A stretch of DNA of 64,000 nucleotides, taken from contig CM022679.1 of NCBI GenBank assembly GCA_012295275.1, positions 11,036,001 to 11,100,000 of the forward strand. The letters are read 5' to 3'. This DNA is from Chrysomallon squamiferum. Taxonomy: Eukaryota; Animalia; Mollusca. A model generated the notes under the pieces. It was given only the letters and a program-made list of their open reading frames with translations, did not search any database and had not been told where the DNA came from. The position numbers and the translations under genes were made by a program. This document shows, in pieces, positions 25,091 to 40,488 of this stretch (the stretch's first letter is position 1; each line of letters opens with the position of its first letter).

Positions 25091-27518
25091 AAGTGCAGTA
25101 TGTGTCATAGCAAGTATCCCCCTTCCTGTCTTTTTCTCTTCCATGATTCTATCCCATGATTCATCTTGTTCACAGTCTCCATTTTTTATCAGATACTGAA
25201 AACACTGTCATACGTTAATGATGTTACTGATTTCATTTTAGACACAAAATATAAAAATAAACCCCTCCTACCAGAGATTTAATAGTTGAGAATGTATGTG
25301 CTTAAATCATCATCATGCATGTACATTCTACATAATTCATTCACATTTTCTTTTTAGGTTTGTATCAGAAATGGATCATATGGTTTAGTAACAAATTTAA
25401 TTCAAAATATTCTGCAGTAAATATGTACTGATTAACATGTATTCAGTCCCAGTATTTTGTTTTAGCTGATTTCATATTTTATACATATATGCATTCAGCA
25501 TAAATCATATGTTATATAAAAGCTCTGGGGAAAAGCTAGTCTATGGATTGAACCATATACCATTGAATCTAATACATTTATATTAGCACTGGGTATATCT
25601 TATGATAACTGATATTAAATTATTATTTCATTTGATCTATTCTGTTAACATTTTATTCATATTTTCAAATATGGTTAAGATTCTAAATTTGATTTTCCCA
25701 TACAGAAAAGCTTCAGTCAGAATTACAGTTTTATCCACAAATAAACAGGAATGACCAGAAAGTCATCTTGTATTAAGCACACGGATAATCCAGACAAAAT
25801 GGGCAGCAGCAAATCCTGCTAATCCCCACATCGTATGATTGCTTAACTTGTAGATAATATAGAGATTCTGAAAGAAGCTTCCAACATTTACTTGAACTGC
25901 TGGCTGAGTGGTGGGCACACTGTGTGTATCATTTGAAAAATGTGTGCAGGTTTGATTTGCCACCTCTAAAACAAACAGTCCACTTCCAGGTCTTCTATTT
26001 AAGTTCTGAGGCTGCTTGTATAAACTGTTAGATCGTTTGCCTGAGCAATTAAACCGCTATTTGCCTTTCCTTTGTCTGTGACATTCCTCAGATGATTGTC
26101 TGCAATGGTTCAGTATGTTTTAGGTTTGTTTGTTTTTTTTTGTCAGAGATTCTGTCCTTAGAAACATTGCAGTAGATTCATGTCAGCAGAATCAAAATAT
26201 AAGAAGAGGCCATCTTTTTAAACTGACCAATGAAATGGCTTGTTCTTGTTTTAAAGTTTGCAGGAGAGAAGACGTTAACATGTTCTTTCTTTAACTGATT
26301 AAATAATTCAGTATATGTTAGCATCTTTTGCTTATTAATGCAAGTACTATCTGATTCAGATTAAATTAAGTTTGATAATGGATTATCATTGGAACTAAAA
26401 ATATATTATGTGTAGAGAACTGTTCTTTATTTTTCAAAACAAAAAACGAGAAATTGAAAAAGATAAATGTTGTAATAGATGAAATCCTTTTGAACATGTT
26501 TCTTTAGGATTCATCTCTTTAAATAATGAATTATTTACCTTAAATCATTATTTTTTAATTTTAAAAAAACCCCATGAAGTCAGGAAACCAAAATCAAATT
26601 AATGACTGAATATTTAAAAGAAAGAGCATACGTTTTATTAAGTTTAATTTTAATTTTATTGTAGATTATAAGTTCAAAATTATAAATTTATCTTGTTACA
26701 CAGTATTTAAAATGAATCATTTTTAAATCAGTGTTAAAAAAATATTGTAGTAATATTATTAGAATCAAATCTGAAAATAAAAACAGTAACTGTCTTTTAG
26801 TATTGGTGTCTCTTTCCCTTCCCTCCCTCTTTCTATCTCCCTCATTCCCCCTCTTCACTCCCCTTTTTTTTCTGTCCATCTTTCTCTTTCTTCTCTCTGT
26901 TCCATGCTGTTTGTATATGTTTTAACAGGGTGTTTATACATATATGGGTGTGTGTAATTATGTTAACTTAAAACGATTAAACATTTCCCCCAAGTTTCTA
27001 TTTTTGCACAACTAAACCAAATCAAGTTCAGAATCCACTAAAATCCAACTCAAAACAAATGAAAAAAAAAAAAATGTATTTACAAAACAAACTCGAAAGA
27101 AATAAACACATTACTCCAAAATGAAGCAGAATCCGAATGGGCATGCAGCAAATTATCTGGTTTTATCATCGCCAGCTAATCTGAGATTATCTCACACTCT
27201 GACCTGGTAAGTGGGGGGGTCACAAATTGATAGGATAAGGAGGCGGCTGCACGATGCTTAGGGTGGATATGTGATGACTTACATGTGTGGGAAAAGATGT
27301 AATGGGAGGGTGGGGAATTTCCAGCTGTTATCAGCAAGGTGACAGTGTGGAGTAGTACACGAACACGGAGGTACGACGTTGTTGCCGTTTTAAGTCGTCT
27401 GCAGCTACTGTTTACCGGGTTATCGGAGTCGGAGATAAACCACATACAACAGTGTTTACATACACCCCTCAGCCACTTACCGCTATTAATTATAAAAGTC
27501 CTACAGGGCAAGTTAAAT

Positions 27519-27785
27519 AAAGATTCGATTGCCCAAAATTTCTCACTTCACTACAGAAAAAAAGTGAAATCTGTGTTCAATTGGGTTGTATAGATTTTGT
27601 AGATAATTATTCTGGAAGCTAATTTTTTTTTTTTTTTCAATTTTATTTAATGAAAGATTTGATTGCCCCTGATTTCTCACTTTACAGAAAAACTAAAAAT
27701 CTGTGTTCAGTAATGATTTTTCAGTATATAATTCAATAGGGTTGTATAGATTTTGTAGATAACTATTCTGGAAACTAATTTCTTA
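27519..27785. repeat. ~135-bp direct tandem duplication
   Basis: AAAGATT(C/T)GATTGCCC...AATCTGTGTTCA...GGGTTGTATAGATTTTGTAGATAA(T/C)TATTCTGGAA occurs twice. Confidence 0.88.
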
Positions 27786-28099
27786 TATCAATTTTTTAAT
27801 GAAAAGTGTTACTAAACTGTCTTGTATTACCACTGTTATTAATTTTTACTGCAAAACATGCAAATTGTGATTAATTTTTCCCACTGTGGGTAATATAGTG
27901 CAATGAGTTATAAGTGTTAAAATAATATCTACATATTATTTTCTTCTTTTTTTTTATGATTATTATTCACAACTTAGGAATTCTAATTATTTCACTTCTC
28001 TTAAAAAAATAAATTAATTTTTATTTGTAAAAAACACAAAAAAAAAGCAGAAAAAAACTATTTTATTTAATCACAGATGAAGGACAGTGAAAAAGTAGC

Positions 28100-28330
28100 C
28101 ATCACGGTAAATAATAACGGCATCCATCTTTGTCATTGCCATGGTAATCCTTTGCCCCCCCACCCCACCCCTGCCCGCTCATCACAGACAGTTTTTAAAC
28201 ATCAGTTTCTGTAATAGCTTTTACAGCTTCTAACTGACAGGAAGATGATGGTTTTGATTAATTAACTCAAATTTGGTGGTCAGTTTTGTGTGGGTGCTTC
28301 GGTGCCTGGATGACGTCACGACAGTGTCAC
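28100..28330. promoter_or_regulatory. candidate enhancer (X-box-like, CACCC boxes, CRE)
   Basis: ATTGCCATGGTAAT 28135-28148, CCCCACCCCACCCC ~28155-28170, perfect TGACGTCA 28311-28318; CpG retained. Confidence 0.4.
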
Positions 28331-28649
28331 AGAGAAAGAAGACAAATGGTCCTGAAGTTCTCCAGGTGATGTCTTTTTCTGGAAAGCTGTGAATATGTAA
28401 AAACCGAGCTAATAATTTATATCAGCTGTGCGTGTATCTGACAGGGGGAAAATAACAGGAGGTGAAACTGGTACAGTGCAAGGAAGGATTCATTTCTCAT
28501 GACCTCATCTTGTATGTTTTATATATTTTACATATATATATATATGTTTTTAAAAAATTCACAGGAAAAGATTGAAGACTTCTAATGTAAGGGGTATATA
28601 TTACATTGTTATTAATCTTCTTTTTTATATATTTTTTTTTATTTTTTGT

Positions 28650-28688
<39 letters not shown>

Positions 28689-29934
28689 TAATTTAGAATG
28701 TATCTTTTTTTTCAGTTTATACACTTTTTTTTTTTATCTTTGGACTTATCCTGTTGAAAATTTGAAGGACTGTTCCATTATGCAAAACAAATGATTTATT
28801 TAAAAGTGAGATTAGCTCAAATGTGAAGGCAGAGGTCAGAGATGTGAAGGAACTATTTCGTGCACCTCTCCTCTGCCCACATTTCTAATGGGTAACTGAT
28901 AAAAGTGATTCACAAGGTGAAGGATGCAGGTTTCATTTCATACAGCCATTAGAAAGTTAATTTTTATTACTATCAAAAATATATTTCTTAAGCTAATCGA
29001 TGATTTAAGTTTTTAGTTTGAATTTTTCTAGTTGGAGATTTTTTTGTAAACACACATATTCAACAGGTAACAGTATACAGAAATTGCCTCAGGTGAAGCT
29101 CATCAACTTCTTAATCCCAACAAAAAAAAAAGTTGTTTCATGTATGAGTGACAAGTCATCAAAGTTAATCCTCACATTTTCGTGACAGATGCAGACTGTC
29201 TGGTAATTCTGTCACCATTTGTGTCTCTCAATATACTTCTGTTCTGACTGTCACCCATACCTTCCTTGCCTTTACTCGTTTCATTTATGCTGTCACCCAT
29301 CCCCCTATGTGCTGTTCCTCTTTATCTATTTCATGGCATGCTCCCATTTCCACTGTTACTCCTCCTCAAGGTATCTTTCCCCTTGTGATCCCTGGCCTCT
29401 CAGTGTCCACCTCTCTGTCATGTGTTCCTCTCCTGACACATTTTCATCACCAGTCTGTCTAGACCTTGACACGAGACAAAATAAATATGGGTCGTTTCAT
29501 TAGATATGATGTTTTATATGTTTTTATTCTCTTTCTTCTTTTTAATTTATTTATATTCTTAATTTCTTTTCTTTTTTTTTTTTTTTTTTTTTTAAAAATC
29601 TATTGCATTTTCTCACTCACTTTTCTGAAATAGAAGATCAAAAATTGGAATGTATTTTAAATGATTTATTTTTCCTTTTATATAATGTACTAGATGTTTG
29701 AAATAATGAATTGAAGTAGAACTGATATATATATATATACAATATTACAGTCAGAAGTGTTATATAAATACTTTTATCTTGATAATAGTTAGTAACATAT
29801 TGTATGTATGGTTCAAAAGCCATGTCTGTGAACACAGTAATCTACAACAAATATAGATAATTACTCTAATGAACTATGAATAATGTTTATGTCCTACCAA
29901 GATAAATTCAATAGGTTGCTGACACTTGATTTGA

Positions 29935-30281
29935 TAGCAGCAGTAGTAGTAGTAGTAGTTGTAGTAATTGCAGTAGCAGTAGTAGTAGTAGTAGTAATAG
30001 TAGTAGCAGTAGTAGTAATAATAGTGTCAGCAGTAGTTGTATCAGTAGTCTCAGTAGTAGTAGCAGTAGTAGTAGTAGTGGTAGCAGTGATAACAGTAGT
30101 AGCAATAGTAGTAGCAGCAGTAGTATCAGTAGTAGTAGTAGTAATAGTAATACTAGTAGCAGTAGTAGTAATAGTAGTATCAGAATCAGTAGTAGTAGCA
30201 GAATCAGTAGTAGTAGTAGTAGCAACAGTAGTAGCAGTAATAGTAGTAGGAGCAGCAGCAGTAGTAGTAGTAGTAGTAGTA
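29935..30281. repeat. imperfect (GTA/GCA)n trinucleotide array
   Basis: ~115 in-phase triplets; source of the poly-V and poly-L ORFs. Confidence 0.95.
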
Positions 30282-32879
30282 TATGAGGTATGATCATAAT
30301 GCTATATATATATATTTGAGAAAAAAAAGAAAAAATCTTTATTCATTTACATTTAAATTTACAAGTTTCATAATTACTTCTTTTTCTTTTAAAAGGTCAG
30401 TTTTTACAAAATAAAAAAATAATGACCTTTTTTTGCTGACCCAGCAGAAATGAAAAGCCGAGTGTTTGTTCGTCTCTGTCAGGTTAGTGCTCAGAGAGGA
30501 AATGAATCAAGCGTGTTCAAAGAGCCACCCATTCATTGTCGTCTTATTGACAATGTTTCTTTATGTAGCTGTGAGGAGAATAACAATGAGCTGGGACCGC
30601 GTTACATTCACCTGTTGTGATCCACTTTGATGGGTTTACAACTTTTCAGGTAGAATTTGTAAAGAAGGGTTACAATAGCAGGTTTCTGAAGTTTAAAAAA
30701 AAAAAAAAAAAAAAAAATGAATTGAACAGCTGACTTTTTTTGAGTGACCTCTGATTTTGTGTAAAAAGTCTGACCTTGGCTTGTTGGATTTTGTTTGTTA
30801 AATGAAAGATTTTCGGTTTGGCCCATTTTGTGTTAATTTTGAGATAAAAAAAATAAAAAAATAATGGTGAGAGTAATTATGTGTTGTGTAGTTAGCTGAT
30901 TTTAATGGAGAGTGGTTTGTGGAGAAAATTATTTATTTTTAATGGTTGTTTGCAACACGTTTTTCTCTTTATTTTAGAAATAAGTGTTACTGAACTCACT
31001 TACCAAAAAAAAAATAAAATGGCTAATTAAATTTTTTGCACAGTTCTTAACACTGTTTTAATTTGAAGAAAAATTTTGGCTGTTTATTTTAGTAATCATT
31101 TTTCACTTCCATCAGCCAGTGTGGTTTAATTTCAATTACTTTTTTTATTTTTTTTTATTTATTTGTTATTTTTTTTTATTATTATTATTTTTTTTTTACA
31201 TTTATTTTTATACATGTTTTATTATTATTATTTTTTAAAACTATGTGCAGGGCTTATGTTAAATAGTCATCCAATCATTTATTCACTCCAAAAATGAATT
31301 AAGTATGCAAGATTGAAAATTATTGAAAAATCATTTATAAATTTAGCTGAGGGTGACACTAATATATATAAAATAAATAAATAAATATAATATATATATA
31401 TATTAACCATTTTGTTTCCAAAATACTCTGTTGAAAGAAAACTGTAATATTTTTTGAACTAAGTGCTCTAAAATGATGATTTAGTTCTAACATGTTTTTA
31501 CCGATGTCTCGCTGGTAGATATAAGTGTTAGATCATGCTAACTGCCAGATGTGTATGTGATACACACCTCGCCCATTACCAGAGCTGCTTTCCAACATAA
31601 ACAATCTAGAAGCATTTCTGTCACTCTCAAATATCTAACCACCATCGTAAATATTTACTAAGTTTAGAGATTACAGCAATTAATTATACTAAAAAATGCT
31701 GATTAATGATGGTTGCCTTCTGAGAATTCTTCTATTTTTTTTTTTTTTTTTTTTTGGCCAGATGGGTAAATAAATTTAGTATAGATAAATTTGGAATTCT
31801 TTCAGAAAGGGAGGCCAATATTTTGTTTCTTTTTGAAATTGTATTGTGAAGAAAAGTTTTCAGAAACAATAAAAATAAATGGCATAATGAGAATGTGTGT
31901 GTGCGTGAGCTAGTGCACGTGCACGCACGCATGAATTATTTTCACTCAGCTTTAACCACAGTCTGAAAATGATGCAATTTACAAATTACAGTAAGATCAT
32001 ACATCATCTTAAGTTTAATATATATATAAGTTTGACTTTGCAACTTCAAAAATAAACTTTTTTCTTATTATGACATACGAGTATAACTTGAAGTTAGAGT
32101 CTGCTGTAATTTAGGTTGAGAAATATTTACATGTCTGTCTGTCTGTCTGTCACCTATCACAAAAACCTGTCAGATTCATCAACTGATGACATATTTGTAT
32201 AAAGAGTGATTAATTTTTATGTTTCAAAAGAAAAGAAAACACCAAATATTTCATCATATTTTATAATGATCAAACAGAAAGTAAAGCTTTGTTGTGTTCA
32301 GTCACATCCCACCTAGCGTTCTGTTCTGGCTAATCAAAGGAGATGACATGCTCTTCCTGTCAGAGAGAAAAAAGCTGCATAATTATATTAAAAAAAGAAT
32401 AATAATAAAAAAATTCCTCACTGCTGTTATATAGGAGTAGCCACAGACAGACCACCTTGTGTTGTTTCATCATCATCATATACAGATCATGTAGCATTTA
32501 ATAACTGAATTCATTAAAATACATCAACACACGTCATGAAATAATCATTTAACTGGAAAATACGGCTTCTTGGGAGATGCAGCTTCATGATAGAAATTAT
32601 TTCGCCATTTAGCTGCTGGTTAAACTTCCTCTGTACTGAATGTTGGTTTTCCGAGTGCCTCCATCTGTTTTTATGTTGTCTTTTTGCAAATATAATTACA
32701 GCCTGTTCAAAAGTAAACAGCATTAACACTGTAAAAGCTATTAGCGTAATTAACACAAGGGGATGTTCTAACTGTGGGGATCACTGCCTCACCTTTAACC
32801 TGCAGAGTAGAAAGTGAAACCACAGGTTAGCTCTGTTTAAAAACCACCATTGACGTCTGTCTACCAGAGCATGCAGAAT

Positions 32880-33130
32880 TATGAATATAAAGTGAGGTCA
32901 CTTTGATACAAAATAATGAATATAAATTACTTATTTCAGTATGAAATACCTAATGTAAATTACACATTTTTTTATTTCTATACAAAATAACGTATATAAA
33001 TTATGCATATTTTGAAATGAAATAAAGCAGATAAATTATGCATATTTTGAAATGAAATAATAAGCATAAATTATGTACATTTTGATACAGTATAATGAAT
33101 ATATACATTACACATACTTTACATAAAAAT
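32880..33130. repeat. degenerate ~35-bp tandem repeat
   Basis: ATAAATTATGCATATTTTGAAATGAAATAA occurs twice exactly, with diverged flanking copies. Confidence 0.75.
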
Positions 33131-35116
33131 TCCTGATTATAAACCATCTAATGAAGATGAATGCCTTGCATTCTTGTACTCATGCTAATATTTTAATGGT
33201 AGATACTCAAATAATAATCAGGTAAGTGTGAATAACTTAAATATAGCTTAACTTGACAAGTTCATGCTGGCATAGCAAGGTTCAACGTAAGTACATAGTA
33301 TACCAATAATGTATAAAAGTTATGTAGGTATATCTTGTTCGTGACTTTCTATAATACATATGTAAAGTGGAAATTATAGAGTGCTAAATTTAGACTTAAT
33401 AGGTTGTAATATTAGTAATTTTCTCAAGCTTTTCTACAGTCCAAACCAGAGCTAAAAGTCTTACATTTTACGAACTGTTGTATATGTTTGCCTGAGAAGA
33501 TGAATATAAAATATGGTAATAAATAAAAATGTATTTTACCATTGTAGCAGATGATTTTCTTCTTGGCATCATTAGACAAAATCCATGTTGGACACCGAAA
33601 AACCTTGTATAAAAAAATGATTCATTCATTCTTGCTCATGAAGAAAATCCAGCTAATCATTTTGCATGTAATACATGTATGTTGCTGTATAATAACTGGC
33701 CTATAAACACTTTTCACTGATATATTTTCACAAACAACACATTTTTTTTTTTTTTTTTTAAATAGTTTTTTGTAAAGCACTTGACAACTCAGTCACATGT
33801 GTTGACAAGCTGTTGAGGAAGCTGCTGAGGGTGTGACAGTAGTAGCTGTTTGATGTAATAAAGATTTTTCTATAACCAGCCTGTTCGGTCAGGTTCTTTA
33901 ATTGGGATATATGGTCATTTGTTTTTATTCCACATCTGTGATAATGCACATCTCATTATTTCTGATGCAGTCGGTGTGTTCATACATGTTTCGTATGTTT
34001 TAATAGTATAAAATGTGATATATCAAGAAATGAAGGGAAAAAAAGATGTAGCCTTGGATATATAGCTAATGAACTGCCAGCTGTATTGGGATTTTAGCAA
34101 GCAGTAAATTATAATTTATATTAAGTTATATATGTCTGTTTCAGAAGATTTTTTTTTCAGATCCAGCCTTTATTTAAAGCTAATATTCCATAGCAAAATG
34201 TATACAGATATTTGAAAATACATTTTGACAGTGATAAATTTCCCTACATTTATATTTTTATTTATTTATTTTTAATTTATATTTTGATAGAATGGTTATA
34301 ATAATTGATTTTGCCATTAAGTTTTATTGTTTTAATTTGTTTTTCTAAAAAAAACAAATAATATAAATAATAAAAATTAAAAAGTTAAGCATAATAATTA
34401 TTAATAGTTTTATATTTTCTAATTTAAATATTTTAATTTATTTTGTTTACTGAATCTAATTAAGAAAAATATATTTTTTTTATCTAAAACTTTTAAAACA
34501 AAAATGAAATAGCTTACTAATTATGTGCAGCAAGACTTCAGTTGTAAAATAGTTTCATTTTATTATAAATTTTCTCAAGTCTTGTTTTGTTTTGTTCATA
34601 ACCAAATTAACTGAAGATCTTTGATTGTCACAACAGTTGCATGTTTATAACAGACAATTTAAAAAAAAAAAAACATTTTTAATTTTTTTTTTAATAATAA
34701 TTTGCACCATGTCTAGAACATGTCTGTGTGTAAATAGCAATGTAGCTGTTGACTACGTTAATTTGTGTGTATCTGTTCAGAAATCAATACAATTGTTAAA
34801 TTGAGCAAACACACTCCCCAACAGTCTTGTTTAATAGTGTTCTGATTGTTCCTGCCTTCTCAATGAGCGTTTTGTCAGGTAGCACGCGTGATGCTTGTAG
34901 GATCAGCCCTCTTGTAATGAAGTGTGCCGTGAATGAACCGCAAACAACCCTGCTACTACCGTACAGGATGTCAATTGATGGTCGCTGATCTAGAACTTTT
35001 GGAGGGCAGATAAGAGTAATCGCCACACTGATCAAGTCAGACCACCCTGGTGTGTTGGTCAGCTGAGTTACTTTACCTTGTGTGTGGACATCTGAACTAC
35101 AAACAAGTCTCTAATT

Positions 35117-35162
<46 letters not shown>

Positions 35163-36610
35163 CTACCCAAGAAATAAATATTAAAATTAGACATTTGCCT
35201 CTTCATGTATTTGAATACAGATGGTATTTTCCATAATTTTTTATATATATATTTTTTTTTAATTTTTAAACGTTTATTATTCAAATACAAGGTTTGAAAT
35301 TTGAAAGTGAAAAGGACTGTTTTTATTATCAGGTCATTAAGTAGTGTTATTTTGTAATCAAAAACAGGAGAAGAAGTACAAAGTTTGCTCAATTATTAGC
35401 AAAAAACATTTTATACATACTTAAATAATTACACTGAACTATGAAAATTTAAAAATTAATTTTATATAAATAAATTTTTTGGTGCTTCATTGTATTTAAA
35501 CCATTTTAAATCATTATTAATATAACAAAGTCCTTTTTTAATTAAATCCATTAATTTTTATGATATAAATAATTAACAACTTTCAATGAGGTAGTCCCAT
35601 TCTCAAAAATATAACAAACCCATAATTTGGAAGGACATTAATTATCACAAACTAATAACCCGTGAATTTATTATAAATGTGTTTTACAACATTCATTGTG
35701 GTGGGTCGGCTTTCGCCACCCAAAGCCTAAATTTATTACCTACTGGCTCCACCAACATAATCAATAAATCTAGAATTGTTACTTGCCAGATTAAATCTGC
35801 GACTATTGTTTCAGACCAGTTACCGCATGATTTAATGAATCAAATTGGTAAGGTTGTCTTGTCTTGTAGCCTGTGTATGACCGACGTTTGACTTTGAACT
35901 GACAGGTAGGTCACTAGGGGCAAGATTGAAATCAAGACAGATTTCCAGATATGTCTGTCATTGATTATATTTGTCACTAGATTTGAGTTTCAGCGATTTA
36001 AAGAGTCCACACAAGGCTTATTAGATGTAGGAGTTGGCTGATTTGGTTAATAGATTCAGATTATAAAAATATATATATAAGGCGCATTACAAGATATTTT
36101 GCTACTGATTACATTTGTCATTATAATGTTTTGTTTGAACACATTTATATTGCTTCAGAAGGCAAACTCAATAGATTTTTTCATGGTGGATTCTGTGTTT
36201 ATGACTGGAAAATTTCAGTATATATGTAAACCACTTAAAACACTAGTTTATATGTTGTCATAATGTAAGAGAAAAATATGAGACAGATGTTAGATGGAGG
36301 CTGTTACTTTCACTGCTGAACTATTGTGCTTTATTCTTGATTGTTGTGTGATTGTCTATGTTTTTCTTCTTTGTTGTTGTTGCTAATGTGTTATTTATTG
36401 TTTTGTTTGTTGGTTGGTTGATTGGTAGGTTTTGTTTTATGGTTTTTTGTTGTCATTTTTCTTTGTTTTGTTTTGAAATTGGAAGTCAGTTAAAGTAAAA
36501 AGCAAAAAACTCACTGTATGTGATATATGGATATCAGAAAAACCTCAAGAAATCTATTTCAGCAGTAAAGTGAATATTCTTTCTTAGCAGAAGAGATTTC
36601 AGTTATTTAC

Positions 36611-36700
36611 TAACCAACAATTACAACAAACAGTAACCAGCAATTACACAACATAGCAACCAGCATGAACGCACAACTGTAACTAACAATTATGCAGAAT
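36611..36700. repeat. degenerate ~23-bp tandem repeat (4 copies)
   Basis: AACCAACAATTAC / AACCAGCAATTAC / AACCAGCATGAAC / AACTAACAATTAT. Confidence 0.6.
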
Positions 36701-37676
36701 ATGATTCTATATTTTTGTTTCTAGTTTTAAGATATGATCAGAAGAAACCTGGCTACTGTATTGCATTCCACTGCCTGTCGTCATTTTATACCATTCCAAC
36801 ATTAACATTGTAAATGTTATCACACTCAGGTAGTGCAGGCAATCTGATAATTTTTAATCATGGATTATTAATGACAGTTATTTTTGTAGCAGACACATGC
36901 CGCATAAAGGAATTGTGATTTTAATTAATTGTTTGCGCTGATCTTTGGTCACTTTTTGGGTAATGATAGTGGTTGGCAGGTTTTCAATAACCGGAATCAT
37001 GACACATTGTTGACGATTTCTCATCTTGGGTGGCAACTGTAAAATATACATAATGTATTTATAGTCTGCAAGTTTCTGTATACTAACGTGTGGCTCGAGT
37101 AAGCTTTTTTCATTGTTACAATTTTCTTCTGTTTCTTTTGTGTTGCGTTTGCAAAGTCCTCCTTGGCAAAAAGTTAAATAAAAAGTTAGCAGAATGGAAA
37201 ACGGCGGCACGATGGGGTTGTATTGAAATGATGCGATGCTCAAAAGCCCCAGTAATCTGACACTGAATGAAAGTTAAACAACACTGTTGCTGGTTTTTCA
37301 TTCACATATTCTGTTGTGAAGACTCTCCGAACAAACACAAACTTGATGCTGAAAAAGAAATTTTTATCATTATTGAATGGGACGTCCTAGGTTTTAATCT
37401 GACATACTTTTCAATTGGATGTCCTAAGTTTACATTGAGAAAAATTACAATTTTATAAAGTTAAGTTATGTAGGTATTGAAAATGTTTGAGATGTCTCAT
37501 AAAATAAACATGTTTCAGTATATAAAAATTGCAACTGAATTCATACCTTGTATAAAAATAAAAGTTCTGAACTGTCTAAATAGTACAATAATTTTTAATG
37601 CATTAGATACAGGTATGGTTTTATAGGATTGAAAAATAAAATGGAAGTCAAGAGATACAGTGAAAGAGAAAATGAT

Positions 37677-37678
37677 AT

Positions 37679-37733
<55 letters not shown>

Positions 37734-37743
37734 TTTTATTTTA
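37677..37743. repeat. (TTTA)n microsatellite
   Basis: Direct reading. Confidence 0.9.
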
Positions 37744-38336
37744 TGGGCGTAGATTGGCCATGCGGGCTTTTGTGTAATACATGGTGTACAGAGACTGCTG
37801 GGTAAAAAGTGGGCCAGTGAACTGGATAAATAAAAACATTAATGAATAATGGATCAATCTAGTCAGTGAAGAATTCAAAGATCACTTTTAAAACACTGTC
37901 CACTGCTGCCCAGTCTGTCTAGTTTAAATAAAATTGATCTCTTTGCTTCCTAATACAAAATAAAATTTGTTTATAATTAATTAATTTAGATGTATATATT
38001 TTTCTGTGGTATACATTTGATACTGGACCTTGTCAATATTATTTATATATATAATTCTGTGTTGTAGATTTGATACTGACCACTTCAGTGTTAATTATGT
38101 ATACATTTCTGTGATGCATATTTTGATATTCTGCCTGTTGAGTGTTATTTATGTGTGTATGTACAGAAATGACACTTACTGTACATCCACTTGTGAGTCA
38201 CAGCTGCATGAGTAACACTCAAAACCTTGACATTGTCCTTGGTGTTACACATCTCACATGAGTATATATTTCCTGTAACATGCACGTGCACACACACTCA
38301 CACCACACCCACCCACACCCACACATCCACCCACAT

Positions 38337-38373
<37 letters not shown>

Positions 38374-39139
38374 CATGCACACTTCTATACAGGTATATAA
38401 CATGTATATACATTTACATCACACCCACATGCATTTTCACATATGCATGTGTCATAACCACTATGTACATAGTAACACTAACAATATAAAGAACAACAAA
38501 ACTCTAATTAGAAATAAAACTGGATTTTCTTGAAGATATTTACACATACACAGCTTACCTTATATGTACATATGTAATATATATACATGAACGTAATACA
38601 GAGCAGATGTACTTTATTTTCCTTTAAAAGAAAAAAATCGTGTTAATTGTTGATAACTGTATAGAGTTTTAACACAGGTTTAAATTTGAAACTTTCATGG
38701 TGATATCAGGTTTCTGCTTTGACATATGTTTCCACTATTAATGCAACTTTTTTCCCCTTATTTTGAGTCAGCTGAGACCCTACACTTTTAACCTTTGCTG
38801 AGAGATAACTGTCTCATACATGTCAAACTACATTAACTAGTTTCTATTACCTTTTCATTTAATTTTTTAAGTTTCTTCATGGATGCTTTTATTTGATTTT
38901 AAAGAGTGTCATTAGAGATAGTATTTCGTTATATTAAGATGTAGTTTTATGCTGAGTAAATGAATATTAAATTAGCGACACTGTCTAGTATCTTATTAAT
39001 GTTGGTGCTTGTTAGGTATCAAATAAGACTTTGATGTAAGGGAATGTACCACTGTCATTCTATCAGTCAGCTACGCAGAAAGGTTTTTTATTATTATTCA
39101 CACATCCACATACATATAAAAATACATAAGACTGACACA

Positions 39140-39205
39140 ACCTTCATTGCCAGTAAAAGATAAATAACTAAGTGGGTGTACTGAGGACTGATCCTACAAC
39201 CTAAC
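39140..39205 (-). mobile_element. SINE head fragment
   Basis: Reverse complement contains GTAGGATCAGTCCTCAG...CCCACTTAGTTATTTATC...CTGGCAATG, collinear with the head at 60-120. Confidence 0.4.
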
Positions 39206-39622
39206 GAACCACATACCAACTGTGTAATCAGCTCATTCATATTTTTTGCTCGGTTCATTTTGTCATTTGAATGATATCTGAGACCAAAGTTACACATATC
39301 TGAACTCTGAACTAAATTGTTAACTAAATTTTTTCCACTCAGATTCCTAATGATCACAAATACACCTAGCTTGCTGTAGTTTTTAAATTAATGAGCTGTG
39401 TGACTTGCCCCAAAAGGAATACGGGACAAAGAATATACACTGGATAATTATATTTAAAATAATATCACAATACAGCAACAGTAATCCTGTCATTAAGTTC
39501 ATATTTCAACAGTTGAAAGTGAAAGTTACTGACCAGCTGTTCTACCTTTATAATTTTTTTTCTTCAGTTTTGTAAACATTCAAATAAGTACTGTTCATAC
39601 AATACTAGTATGTGGGTGTCTG

Positions 39623-39624
<2 letters not shown>

Positions 39625-39707
<83 letters not shown>
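39625..39707. repeat. (CA)n microsatellite
   Basis: Direct reading. Confidence 0.95.
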
Positions 39708-39710
<3 letters not shown>

Positions 39711-40452
39711 CGTATAGACTTGTATAAAATTGTTGTATTACATCTCTGTTGTTTTGTAATTATTTTATTTGTATATATACAGTATTTGTAACCTAATATA
39801 ATTAGTGAGACAGAATGATATTATTTACCAGTTTAATTTACCAGTAATAATAGTAGTAGTATTGATTTTTCAAGTTTATGGTAATGAAAATAGTTGTGGT
39901 GGTTGTTTTAAATGTAGTTGTTGTGGTTGTGTTTCTGGAAATTGTAGGTTAACTAAAACTGAAAAACCTAGAGATGAATTGAAAACAATCACAGAGATTT
40001 TGAAGATTCTTATTTCCAGAGGACTGCACAAAAGTAAATTCAGTTTAAGAACCAGTAGCTGTAGGTGTGTTGCATTTGTCAAAAGTTGTACCTGCAATTT
40101 TGTGATTATTTCTGAGTTGAAAAATATTGTCATGTTCCTTTACTGATATTTTGTGGAAGAGCAAGGCAGTGAGAAATACATGTCGTTTTAAATGTTTGTC
40201 TGTGTGAAGTCACTATTTGAAAGATTGGAAAATGTGATTTCATTTATAATAAGTATGTTAAGTTCTTTTTAGTTTCTTTTTTTCCAGATTGCATATTTAT
40301 TTGGGAGGTTCATGTACTGATGTGAATATACAGACACAGAGAGAGAAACAGATGTCTGTATGTTTATAGTCTCTGTTTGTATGTGTGTATGTGTGTACAT
40401 GTATGTTTATTCCTAACAGTTTTACCTAGAATGAACCCAACAGATGCCAGGA

Positions 40453-40488
<36 letters not shown>

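Noticed and set aside
29883-30297. 136-aa poly-Val and 129-aa poly-Leu ORFs
   Set aside because: Translations of the (GTA/GCA)n array, open simply because those frames lack stops.
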